NCBI GenBank assembly: GCA_963806475.1
Contig: CAWDYK010000013.1
Location: 211,905-275,904, forward strand
Length of the DNA stretch: 64,000 nt
Source of the DNA: an uncultured Solirubrobacterales bacterium
GTDB taxonomy: Bacteria > Actinomycetota > Thermoleophilia > Solirubrobacterales > Solirubrobacteraceae
Direction of reading: 5' to 3'
Positions 45,976 to 56,650 of this stretch are shown in pieces. Below the pieces are notes generated by a model. It saw nothing but the letters and a program-made list of their open reading frames with translations, had not been told where the DNA came from and did no database searches. How positions within the stretch are numbered: position 1 is the stretch's first letter; each line of letters begins with the position of its first letter. Position numbers and translations under genes: made by a program.

Positions 45976-47111
45976 ATGTGGGCGCAAATCGAACACAGAT
46001 CGGATGCCATCCGGTGTTTCCATCCGGCGTGGTTCGCGTCGGTGATGGGTACGGGCATCATCGCTGTCGCAACGCATCACGCCGATAAGGTTCTTCCCGG
46101 ACTTGAGGGATTTGCCGTCGTCCTGTGGGTGCTGAGCGCGGTGTTTTTCGTGGCTCTGATTGTGCCGTGGACGATCCGCTGGATCCGCTATCCGAGGGAG
46201 GCGTGGGCCGACACCGCGCATCCCACACGCGGCCCGTTCTACTCAACGATGCCGATCGCGCTGTTGGTCTTGGCCGTGGACTTCGCCGCGATCGGATCGA
46301 CGCACATGAACGCCGATACTGCGTTGAGCATTGCCAAGGGACTGTGGATCGTCGGGACACTGCTGGCGTTCTTCTTCGGCGTACTCGTGCCATCGCGGTG
46401 GCTGACCGGTTCAGCCTCGCTCGAGCACATCAACGGCGGGATGGTTCATCCCTCCGGTTGCCGACATCGTCGTTCCCGCCGCTGCCGCGCCGCTGATCTC
46501 CTCGTGGGGATCGCACGGCATGTCCGAGTTCGTCTGCGTTGTCGCATTCGCGTTCTTCGGGATCGGGATCATGCTGTTCATCATGCTCGGCGCGCTGCTG
46601 ATCGGCCGACTGATCCAGAACGGGCTTCCCGAAGCGCACCTCGCCCCAACGCTGTGGATCGGCCTCGGGCCGATCGGCGTCGGGAGCCTCGCGCTCGCGC
46701 GGCTGGCGACCACGGCAACGCCGCTGTTCGGCGCATACGCACCAGAGGCGCGGACGCTGCTGCTGCCTCGCTGCCGTCGCCATCTGGGGATTTGGGCTGT
46801 GGTGGCTCTCGACCGCGATCGTGCTCACGCTCCGCTACCTACGCGCACCATTCCCGTTCGCGATGAGCTGGTGGGCGTTCACATTCCCGCTCGGCGCCTA
46901 CACCGTCGCCACATTCGTTCTCGGTGACGCCTACAACGCCGACTACCTCACGGGATTCGGCTTCGCGCTGTGGGTGCTGCTGATCGGCTTCTGGGTCGTC
47001 GTTCTCGTTCGGACAGTCGCCGGCGCATTCACCGGAGCGCTGCTGAAGCCTCCACCCAGCTGCCCGCCCCGTGACCGCGCGCGAACGCCAGGCCATGCAA
47101 TCGCCGCCTGA
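45976..47111 (+). CDS. TDT/SLAC1 (tellurite-dicarboxylate) family transporter (frameshifted)
   Basis: PAWFASVMGTG, LWIGLGP, SWWAFTFPLGA. Confidence 0.88.
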
Positions 47112-47373
47112 CCCGAAGGCTCTCGTCTCAACAGAGATGAGATCCAAACGATGCACGCCACCGATTCTTTCGGGCTTGCTCGTGTTAGCGGTTAGGGAAA
47201 GCCCGGATCACGTTGGCGTCGGCGCCTCGGTCGACGGACGCCCGCGGCCGACAGCAGCTCGGTCGGTCATCGGTTCACGTGACGATTGGTTCTGTCTCTC
47301 TGGTGGCCCGTCGTGTGGCGTTGGCATTGGCTGGTGCGCCTGCGTGCGGACGGCCGGTAATGGTGGAGCGGAT

Positions 47374-47799
47374 GTGAGCGCCATGAACACGGTCTCAACC
47401 TCGAAGCCTAAGAGCGTGCCCGGTGCACCGCCACTCCTCGGCCCAGCGCCCCAGCCGGCTGACCTTGCGGGCACGGTCCGCCTCGCACGGTACGCGAAGG
47501 CGCTGGGCGAACCGATCCGCATCCGGCTCGTCGAGGTGCTTGCGCAGCATCCCGGCGAGCCGTGCGCGGGCGAGTTGCTGCCGCTGTTCGGTGTCGCTAA
47601 GTCGACCCTGTCTCATCACCTCAAGACGCTCGCCGACGCGGGCATCATCGAGACCAGGCATCAGGGCACGCTCGCCTACTGCCTCGTCCATCCACAAGCA
47701 TTGGCCGACCTGGCCGGCTGGCTCGGTCAGACCGCTCAGGACGGAACGCGGCGCGCCGGCGCCGAGCACCCGCCGCAGGCTGGCCGCGACGTAGCGTGA
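47374..47799 (+). CDS. ArsR/SmtB regulator #4 (paralog of #2)
   Basis: KALGEPIRI, KSTLSHHLKTLADAGI; near-collinear with #2. Confidence 0.85.
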   Translation: MSAMNTVSTSKPKSVPGAPPLLGPAPQPADLAGTVRLARYAKALGEPIRIRLVEVLAQHPGEPCAGELLPLFGVAKSTLSHHLKTLADAGIIETRHQGTLAYCLVHPQALADLAGWLGQTAQDGTRRAGAEHPPQAGRDVA

Positions 47800-47844
47800 T
47801 GGCCCGGAGCTGATCACGGACGAGCGGGGAGGGCGGTCAATCTG

Positions 47845-49624
47845 ATGGCGTCGCGCTCGCTGAACCGTCTGGACTGGGTGTCGTGGAGCACGCCGTTTCT
47901 GTTCTTCACGGGCAAGGGCGGGGTCGGGAAGACGACGGTCGCGAGCGCGGCGGCCATTGCGCTGGGTGATGCGGGCCGGCGTGTGCTGGTCGTCAGCACC
48001 GACCCGGCGTCGAACCTCGCGGACGTCTTCGGGGTCGCGGTCGGTTCGACGGTCACGACGGTGCCCGGAGCGCCTGGCGTGTCGGTGATGAACCTGGACC
48101 CTGACGCGGCAGCGGCTGCCTATCGCGAGCGTGTGATCGGCCCCTACCGTGGCGTGGTCTCCGAACGGGAGATCGGCGAGATCGAGGAGCAGCTGGCCGG
48201 CGAGTGCACGGTCGAGGTGGCCGCGTTTGATCAGTTCACGCAGCTGATCGTCCATCCGGAGCTGACCGGCCGCTATGACCACGTGATCTTCGACACCGCG
48301 CCTGACCGGTCACACGCTGCGGTTGATGGACCTGCCAAGCGCGTGGGCTGACTACATCGAGACCAGCCGGGAGGGCGCGAGCTGCCTGGGGCCCCGATCC
48401 GGGCTCGAGGCGCAACGCGAGCAGTATCAGGCCGCGGTCGCGCAGCTCGCCGACCCGCACCGCACCACGCTCGTGCTCGTCAGCCGCCCTGACCCAAGCG
48501 CGCTGCGCGAGGCCGCCCGCGCCGGCGGCGAGCTGGCCGACGAAGGCATCCGCAACCAGCGACTGGTGATCAACGGCCTGTTCGATCAGCCGCTGAGCGG
48601 CGACCGCGTCGCCGAGGCGCTCGCCGCGCGCCAGCGCCAAGCGCTCGAGTCAATACCCGCGTCCCTTCACGAGATCCCGATGGCAGGCGTTCCGCTGGTC
48701 GCCCTCGATCTCACCGGCGTCGCAGCGCTCCGCGCCCTGGCATCGGGCCGCACCACTCCTGCCCGGCCGTCAACGATCGCGCCCAACGATCAGCCTGCGT
48801 TGCCGGACCTGAACGCGCTCGTCGACGAGCTCGAGCGCGGCGGTCCGGGAGCAGTCCTGGTGATGGGCAAGGGCGGCGTCGGCAAGACCACGATCGCCGC
48901 CGCCCTCGCCGTCGCCCTCGCGCACCGCGGCCACGACGTGCACCTCTCGACGACCGATCCGGCAGGACGGATCAGCGACGTCCTCGCCGATGCCGCGCCC
49001 GACCATCTGACCGTCAGTCGAATCGACCCCGCCGCCGAGCTCGCGAACTACACCGCCGAGCGGTTGCGGGCGGCCGAGCGTTTTGACCCGGAACGGCGAG
49101 CGCTGCTGGTGGAGGATCTGCGCTCGCCGTGCACCGAGGAGCTCGCCGTGTTCCGCGCGTTCTCCGGCCTGCTCTCCGAAGCCCGCCGGCGATACGTGAT
49201 CATCGACACCGCCCCCAGCGGGCACACCCTGCGGCTGCTCGACCTGACCGGCTCCTATCACCGCCAGATCGTGCGCGACGCGGCCAGGCCAGCGGGGCGC
49301 TTCACGACCCCGCTGATGCGACTCCAAGACCCTGCATACACGCGGGTCCTGGTCGTCACGCTCGCAGAGCTGACTCCCGTCTCGGAGGCCGCCGCGCTGC
49401 AGGACGATCTCCGACGCGCCGGCATCGAACCATTCGGCTGGGTGATCAACGCAAGCCTCACCGGGAGCGGCACCCACGACCCGCTGCTGCTCGCCCGCGC
49501 CAACCTCGAACGTCCCCACCTGCACCGCGTCCGCGATCAACTCGCCGACCGAGCGTGGATCGTCCCATGGCAGATCCACACCCTGATCGGCGAACAACGA
49601 CTCGCCGAGCTCGCGAAGGCATAG
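47845..49624 (+). CDS. arsA: Arsenical pump ATPase ArsA #2 (frameshift near 48302)
   Basis: GKGGVGKT twice, AGECTVE, SCLGP, SPCTEE, DTAPSGH. Confidence 0.92.
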
Positions 49625-50497
49625 ACAGCTCTTGCTGCTGCCAGGCCTTGAGCTTGCGCGAGCCTTGGCCACGGCTCACAGTCCTATCCCGATCGACGAT
49701 CAGCTGCTCGATACCGGGTAGTGCGCGGACCCGGGTGCGCCTGCCCTCTTGCGCGTTTGAGCGCGGCGCCATGGGGTGCGACTGAGACCGATCATGCCTG
49801 CGCGAACACGAAGGCAGGGGCACGACCGTCCCGCGAGCAACAGACCCGGGTACTCGCCAGAAGCGCGCACGCCGCTCGCCGCCGAAGGTGGTCCCGCTGA
49901 TCTTCGGCGCGCTAGCTGAAGTTTGGGGAGATGCAAGCACCAATGCAGTCACGACGGCTTCGGCACTGACACCGCCGCGATAGGCGTGAAGCAGCGACGC
50001 GCGTGACATTGGCAAGCTGATCGGCCAGCCCTGCATTCGCGGTCGCACGGGCATCCTCAAGCCGGCGCCGACAGTTTCGGAATGCGCGGCCTGCAGGGGA
50101 CTGCGGTCGGCTTGGGCGTTGCGGTCGGCTCGCGGTCCGCGAGCGCCTCGCTGACCGCGCAGAGCGTGTCTGGGTCGCGGGGCGCGCGCGGACCTGCTCT
50201 CGGAAATTCGCGGGTCTCTCGGGTCGGTCGGCGGAGTCCGCGACCGCGCGCCCTGCTGTGGTGAAACACCCTACGCCGGCTTGACCGGACGCGGGCCGTG
50301 GAGGGTGGACGACAGCGCCGGTTGGGCTGCTGGTGATGATCGGGGGATGCGCCGCATGGGCCGGACTCACCCGCTGGCGCTGGCGCGGAGTGCCGACTTC
50401 CCGGGGCGGGCTGTGATCGGGTCGAAGCCGAGCGCGGACGGTCTTGAGCCGGGTGCCCGGCGGCTGGGTGCGGCTGCGAGTAGTAGCCTCGGCGGGG

Positions 50498-52097
50498 ATG
50501 GTCGGGGTGTCGGATCGCGCGGACGTCCGTTTGGCGGAGCTGGTGGCGGCGCTGTCGCTGGGGGTGGATCTCGGGTTCGGGCAGCCGATGGAGCACGTAC
50601 TGCGCCAGACGCTGATCGCGCTGCGGCTGGCGGAGTGCGCTGGGCTGGATGAGCGAGCGCGCGCGGCGATGTCTACTACACGGCGTTGCTCGTCACGGTC
50701 GGCTGCCACGCGGACGCGTATGAGCAGGCGAAGTGGTTCGGCGACGACATCGCGCTGAAGGCGACGAAGTACGGCCCGCACGACGCGCGCAGCGTGCGCG
50801 CGGTGGTCGAGAACATGCGGCGGATCGGCGCCGGGAACCCTCCCCTGCACCGCTTGCGGGTCGGGCTCGCGTTCGCGCTGTCGGGCCATCGCGAGGTGGA
50901 GGCGATGATCATGACCCACTCGGGGCTGGCCAGGGGGCTGGCCGAGCAGCTGGGGCTGGCGCAGTCGGTGCGCGACGCGGTCGGCCGCCGCGTATGAGCG
51001 CTGGGACGGCCGAGGGTGGCCGGGCGACCTGGAGGGCGAGCGACGATCCCGATCGCCGCGCGGCTCGCGCAGCTCGCCGAGTACGCCGAGGTGGCCCAGC
51101 GGGTGGGGGGACGCGAGGCCGCCGATCGCGCTGGCCCGCGGCCGTGCCGGCAAGCAGTTCGACCCGGGCTGTCCGAGCTGCTCGCTGGCGAGCGCGGACG
51201 TCGTGTTCGGCGGACTGGATGAGGTCGGAAACTGGCAGGCGGTGATCGACGCTGAGCCGGCGCTGGCGGTGGTGCTGTCGGGCCGAGCACTTCGACCAGG
51301 CGCTGCGCGCGGTCGCGAACTTCATCGATCTGAAGTCGCCGTATACGCTCGGCCACGCGTCGGCGCCGTAGCCGAGCTGGCGCGGCGCGGCCGCGACCGG
51401 CTCGGGCTGCTCGGCCGCCGAGGTGCGCAACGCTGCGTCGTGCCGGGCTGGTGCACGACTTCGGCCGTCTGGGCGTCTCCAACGCGATCTGGGACAAGCG
51501 CGGCCCGCTCGGCGCCGGCGAGTGGGAGCGGATCCGCATGTTCCCCTACCTGACCGAGCGGATGCTGCGCTTCTCCGATGCGCTCGCGCCGCTCGGCGCG
51601 ATCGCCGTGCAGCATCGTGAGCGGCTCGACGGATCGGGCTATCCGCGCAGGTCTGGCTGGCGCCTCCATCTCCCGGTCGGCGCGGATCCTCGGCGCCGCG
51701 GACGCCTACCAGGCGATGCGCGAGCCCCGCCCGTACCGGCGTGCCGCTCGCCGCTGAGGAGGCCGCCGCGAAGCTGCGCGCCGAGGTGAAGGCCGGCCGG
51801 TTCGACGACGACGCGGTCGGACGCGGTGCTGGCGCCGCCGGCCACCGCGTGCCGCGCCGGCGCGAGGGCCCGGCCGGGCTTACCGAGCGTGAGGTGGAGG
51901 TACTGAAGCTGCTCGCGCTCGGCCTCTCGAACAAGGAGATCGCCGCCCGGCTGGTCATCTCGCCCAAGACCGTCGGCACCCACATCGAGCACATCTACGC
52001 GAAGATCGACGCGTCCAGCCGCGCGACCGCGAGCCTGTTCGCCGTCCAGCACGGCCTGCTGCCCGACGGCGAGCTGATCGCGGCGACGGCGGTCTGA
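50498..52097 (+). CDS. HD-domain + LuxR-HTH regulator (multiple frameshifts)
   Basis: DLGFGQPMEH, VHDFGRLG, HRERLDGSGYP, LTEREVEVL..SNKEIA. Confidence 0.82.
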
Positions 52098-52179
52098 AGA
52101 TCGGGCGAACGCCCGATGTGGGCGCGCGCGGCGCGGTGCCTAGGCTCGGCCGTCAGTCCAGCCAGAGGAAAGGAGCGCG

Positions 52180-52553
52180 ATGCCGAAGGTATCCAAGGAC
52201 ACAGCGCAGTCAGGTCGACGACTTCGGGCTCGCCGAGGACCGCCACGAGGACCTCGACGGCTACACCGTCAACTTCGTGATCATCCGCCAGACCCACGAC
52301 CTCGCGCCCCATGCTCAAGGGGCTTCCCGGCGGTAACTGCCCATGCCCGCACTGGGGCTACCTGGTCAAGGGCCGGATGATCGTCCGCTACGACGACCAC
52401 GAGGAGGTGATCGAGGCCGGCGACGCGTTCTACATGCCGCCTGGCCACGCCCCCGAGGCCGAAGCAGGCACCGAGATCGTCCAGTTCAGCCCCGCTGAGA
52501 AGCTCGCCGCCGTCGTCGACGCGCTGAAGGCGGGCCTTCAAAGCGGAGTCTGA
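52180..52553 (+). CDS. Cupin-domain protein (frameshifted)
   Basis: CPCPHWGY, AGDAFYMPPGH. Confidence 0.78.
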
Positions 52554-52603
52554 CCGAGCGGTCGCAGCCCAGCAACCCCGATGCTTAACGCGGAGGATGA
52601 TCT

Positions 52604-53400
52604 GATGAGCGATCGCGTCGTCTTGGAGCGCCGCTTCCAGGGTTCACGGACGGCGCGCTCGTTGGGTACGCAGCCGGTGTCGCGGCGGGATGAATCAACG
52701 GGCCGACGGAGGCGAACCTGCGGGCGCTTCCGCCGCTCGATCGCGAGCTCAGCATCGAGGCCGACGGCGAGCGGGCGGTGCTTCGTGACGGCGAGACCGT
52801 TGTGATCGAACTCACAGCGAGTGGGTTCGAGCTCGAGATCCCGCCGCCACCGACGCTGGCGGAGGCCGAGGCGGCGAGCCGCAACCTGATCATGCAGGAG
52901 CACGAGCACCTCCACCCGGAGTGCTTCACCTGCGGTCCTCGCCGGACCGCAGGTGACGGCCTGCACCTGTTCATGGGGCGAGCACCCGGCTCCGCGTTTC
53001 GCCAGCCGCACAACTCGCCGCGCCGTCGGGCCTCGGATGCCGTCGCTGATCGGTCTGACGTCCCTGCCTTCGCGTGTCTTCGCGTACGCGCAACCCGTCG
53101 GCGCGGGACCGACCCGCGGCCTCGCTTTCGCTCGGCGAGAGGTCTGCCGGCCGTAAGCGCAACGGACACGCTCCTCGCCAAACTCGGGCATCGCGATGTC
53201 GACGACCGTGGGGCCGTCTGGCGGGATCTGCGCGCGGGCCTGCTTTGCCGAGGTAACGAGAGTCGTCGATGTGCTTGCTGGCGGGCCCCACTCCGCGGCG
53301 GCTTGCAAGCACACCTGACTGTCCCTCGCGTGGCGGGCACCGCGGCCCCTACGCCGGGGTCGCTGCTGGCGCGGACGAATGCGGCGACCGTCGGCGCCCG
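52604..53400 (+). pseudogene. Degenerate hot-dog/thioesterase-like gene
   Basis: LERRFQG, HPECFTCGP..GDGLHLF fragments in different frames. Confidence 0.5.
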
Positions 53401-53460
53401 TCACAGATGGCCAAGCTCAAGCACGGGTCCGTATATCAACGGCATTGACGCCCCGGGCGT

Positions 53461-56400
53461 TCAGCTGCCGCCGAAGGCGTCGGCGCGGGCCGCCGCCCAG
53501 GCTCCGTACAGCTCGGTGACGGTCGACGGTGCGGGCCATTCTCCGGCCTGTAGTCGCTTGAGCGCTTCGCCGCCGCGCCGGCATGCGTGGGTGCGCGACC
53601 AGTCATAGGAGGAGGGCGCAGCGCCGTAGCGCGCTCGCCATGCGCGCATCGCTTCGCGAACCCGCTCCCGTGTCCATTGCGGCGCAATCGCGCCGGGATG
53701 ACAGCGTTTGCAATACGCGTAAGCGTCGCCCTTGCCGTTCCGTGGCGCGGTGGGCGCCCCGCAGCCACGGCACATGCCCCGGTAGCGCGCCTTCACCGCG
53801 CGTGCCTTATCGCCGGTCGGATCGGCTGAGGTAGGGCCTCGGCGAGGTGCCTTGTGGTCCTTTTCCGAGACCCCCCTCCCGAACCCGGCGTGACCATTTC
53901 TGATCACCGGGCTCTCCAGTGACTACTCCGTGTTTGTTCACGGAGGACACTCAATACCGTTTCGGCGTTCTGCATTACGCATACCTCCCGGTTCTCGGAT
54001 GTCCAGTCACCTGTGCTCCTTCGCCCTGTGGACGGCTTTCCCGTCCTCCTTGGTGCGGCGTGAATCGCACGACTACTATGGGCACTCCGTCACCCTGGGA
54101 CTCGCGCCCCGAGGGTTGATCCCGCGTTCGTCCCTGTCGTACGTCCGAGCGTGACTTAGGCGTCCGACTCATCTCCTTAATTGCCCTCACTGGGCAACGC
54201 TCCACGCTCCAAAGGTTGCAGCGACCTTTCTACGATGCCGCCGCAGAGCATGGCGCCGGTCTCGGGTGCCTTTCCGACGGACGGGCCTTTGCGTCTTCTG
54301 GAGATTCGGCTTCAGGCAATCCAGCTTTCGCCATATCACGCGGGTCCCACGACACCCCGGCCCTGACACCTGGGCCGACCGCCGTTTTGCTGGCATGCGC
54401 TTGTTCCGTTCACCTCTCGGATCCGGGTAAGCCATCAGACCCACGAACCTTCCTTCGAGTTCGTCCCGGCTGCGCCGGGGATACAACAGGGCGCCTCGCG
54501 GCGCATTAGAGATAGGGTGCGGCTCCCGTGGAGGGACGTCATTCTGCCTGGGGTAGACCGGGGATGATCCCGCCGGCGTAGCGGGCTTCGTGGACTCGTT
54601 TGCGTTCTTGTGTGAGGTGGAAGCGCCAGTAACTGTCGAAGTCGTTGTTGCTCTTCAGGGCGCGTAGCTTCAGCACGGCCTCGGCGCCTTCGAGTCCCCA
54701 GCGCGCCCCGGTGATGTCCATCCGGTCCTTCACCAAATGGCGACAGGCACCCTCGATCACGCCCGTGGCGATCGGCCACCCGTTCGCGAGCGCGGTCGGG
54801 TAGTCGAGGTAGGGGCGCTTGTTGAGCAGGTAGTCGGCGGCGTTGTCGGCGTTCTTGCGCTTGTCCGCGCCGAGCTGGCGGCTGGTGGCCTTGCGGCGGA
54901 TCGCGGCGGCGACCGTGCTGGCCTGACCGTCGAGAACCGCGCGCATCTTCTCGGCCACCCAGCGCTCGGCGGCCGGGTCGCCTTCTTCGAAGAAGCACCA
55001 CGCTGCGTCCCACAGGTACTCCATTACGTGAACACAATCGACAAGGATTGTGACCTTCACACCGCGCTTCTTGGCCTCCTTCTTGACCCTGTCGATCTGG
55101 TGGTTGTTGCCATCGACGAGCACGACCCAGCTGCGCTGATGATCGCCATCGCGGCGCTCGGCTTGGTCGAACATCCGCGCGATCACCCGGGCTGCGTCGT
55201 CGGTCACGCTCGCGCACACCCACTTGTTCTTCGCCTCGGGTCCGGCGCGGGCGTCCTCGCGCTCCTGATCGGTGGCGGGCAGGATGTCGGCCGGCGCTCT
55301 GACCTTGGGCGCGACCTCGTAGACCGCGGCGACCTCCGCCATCCGCTTGCGATTGCGCTTCTCACCCCGCGACAGGCGCGTTTTGAGCTTGTGCTCGGAG
55401 CTGGCGGCCTGCCTCTTGGTCTGCTCCCGCAGCGCCTCAGGGCGCATCACTACCCCCTTGGCGTCGCACGAGAGCACCAGCACATCGTCCTGATCGACGG
55501 CGTCGTGCTCGCGGTGCTCATAGAACGCCTCGAAGTCGACCGCGGCCCGGAGCGCCATCTCTTCGACCTGGCGTTTGCCGATCTGCACGCCGATGCTGCG
55601 GCGGATCGCGTCGGTGGCATCCTCGAACGATCCCCTCGGGGCCTCCAGCGCGACCAGCCGCCTGACGCCGTGCGAGTGCTTCTCCTCGGGCAGATTCAGC
55701 GTCGCATCGGCGACATACAGGTTCTCCTCCCCCCGCCGCCGGTACGCCAGCCTCCCGACCCTGACGTCGCCAAACACGCTCGCAAGCGGCCGGCTGTGAT
55801 CGCGCTCGACCGCCCGGCGCTCCACGCCGGCCGCGTCCACCACCTGATCCACACGCGGCTCGCGGAGCGCGCGCAGCTCGAGCTTGTCTTCCAACAGCGA
55901 TCGCAACAGCTCGCGGCCCTCGCTCTGCAGTAGATCCTCCAGCTCGGAGTGCTCAAGCCCGTCGGTCTCCACGCTCTCAAGCGAGCCCACGACCGCGTCA
56001 AACCGCCCCCGCGAGCGAGCAAAGGCATCCCCGCCGGACGGCGCGCCGCTCACGCGAGCGCGATCGCGCTCAAGATCCGTTGCATCATCGCCACCAGGCG
56101 CTGCGCCGGGCAGGAGTTCATCCGCCGGCGCGTAACCTTCGCCAGAACGGGTGCCAAGGTCGACGGTCATTGCGGCCACCTTTCGTGGTCGACGTTGATA
56201 GCTCAACGCCGACCTTCGGCACCCTCCTTATCGACTCCTGCCCGCCCCGCTCGGCGCCGCTAACCCCCTCAAACCAGGGGAAAGCCACGCCCAGCCGCCC
56301 AACCCACCGGGATCAACACCAGCCACGGCTCCCAGCAGCCCCAGCCGCCCAACCCAAAACCCCCCAATTTCCAGGGTGGTTCACCATCCTGGCACGACCC

Positions 56401-56554
56401 TCCACGAGAGCCGCACCCTTTAGAGATACGCCTTGACGGTCGCTTCTGCGCGTCCCAGCCGACGAGCGATCTCCGCGATCGACAGACCCTCCCCGTCGCG
56501 GTAGTAGCGGGCGAGTTGCGCCGCGCGGCGTCGTTCCACGACACGGTCGAGCAT
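53461..56554 (-). CDS. HTH/Zn-finger gene B (exon 1 56554-56421; exon 2 53824-53461), interrupted by an IS and a group II intron
   Basis: Joined exons read MLDRVVERRR..GLSIAEIARRLGRAEATVKAYL-Y-DPTGDKARAVKARYRGMCRGCG..YCKRC.. in frame. Confidence 0.88.
53825..54506 (-). mobile_element. ORF-less group II intron (IIA-like), copy 1
   Basis: DV GAGAGCCCGGUGAUCAGAAAUGGUCACGCCGGGUUCGG, DVI with bulged A, J2/3 GGA, residual ORF start MQNAETVLSVLRE, EBS loop. Confidence 0.9.
54514..56419 (-). mobile_element. ISKra4-family insertion sequence
   Basis: Terminal inverted repeats AGGGTGCGGCTC(C/T)C(C)GTGGAGGG; 8-bp TSD TTAGAGAT at 54506-54513 and 56420-56427. Confidence 0.9.
54539..56170 (-). CDS. ISKra4-family transposase
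   Basis: DAKGVVMR, LVDG, DCVHVMEYLW, GWPIATGVIEGACRHLVKDRMDITGARW; intact. Confidence 0.9.
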   Translation of the reverse strand: MTVDLGTRSGEGYAPADELLPGAAPGGDDATDLERDRARVSGAPSGGDAFARSRGRFDAVVGSLESVETDGLEHSELEDLLQSEGRELLRSLLEDKLELRALREPRVDQVVDAAGVERRAVERDHSRPLASVFGDVRVGRLAYRRRGEENLYVADATLNLPEEKHSHGVRRLVALEAPRGSFEDATDAIRRSIGVQIGKRQVEEMALRAAVDFEAFYEHREHDAVDQDDVLVLSCDAKGVVMRPEALREQTKRQAASSEHKLKTRLSRGEKRNRKRMAEVAAVYEVAPKVRAPADILPATDQEREDARAGPEAKNKWVCASVTDDAARVIARMFDQAERRDGDHQRSWVVLVDGNNHQIDRVKKEAKKRGVKVTILVDCVHVMEYLWDAAWCFFEEGDPAAERWVAEKMRAVLDGQASTVAAAIRRKATSRQLGADKRKNADNAADYLLNKRPYLDYPTALANGWPIATGVIEGACRHLVKDRMDITGARWGLEGAEAVLKLRALKSNNDFDSYWRFHLTQERKRVHEARYAGGIIPGLPQAE

Positions 56555-56619
56555 CAGACCCCAAGCCCACCGGAGGTGCTGGACGGCCCGCTCAAGTGCA
56601 GTCAGCGCGCGGGGCCATC

Positions 56620-56650
56620 TGAAGGTCTTTTGTTATCATCAGAGGGGCCG
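56620..56650. other. Hybrid att site, right junction of the LSR element (split by intron copy 2)
   Basis: Element arm CTTTTGTTATCATCAGA-GGGG; the gene A half continues after 57332. Confidence 0.75.

Larger units (their letters stand above)
32773..56644. mobile_element. ~24 kb large-serine-recombinase integrative element carrying the ars cluster
   Basis: Recombinase at the left end; joined ends give the inverted repeat CATCAGA-GGGG-TCTGATG; removing it restores gene A in frame. Confidence 0.8.

Noticed and set aside
53461-53907. ORF-track 148-aa protein starting MIRNGHAG
   Set aside because: Its N-terminus is intron DV/DVI sequence; the true 5' exon is 56554-56421
53919-54509. Short ORFs duplicated at 53.9-54.5 kb and 56.7-57.3 kb
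   Set aside because: They are incidental frames within the intron RNA, not proteins
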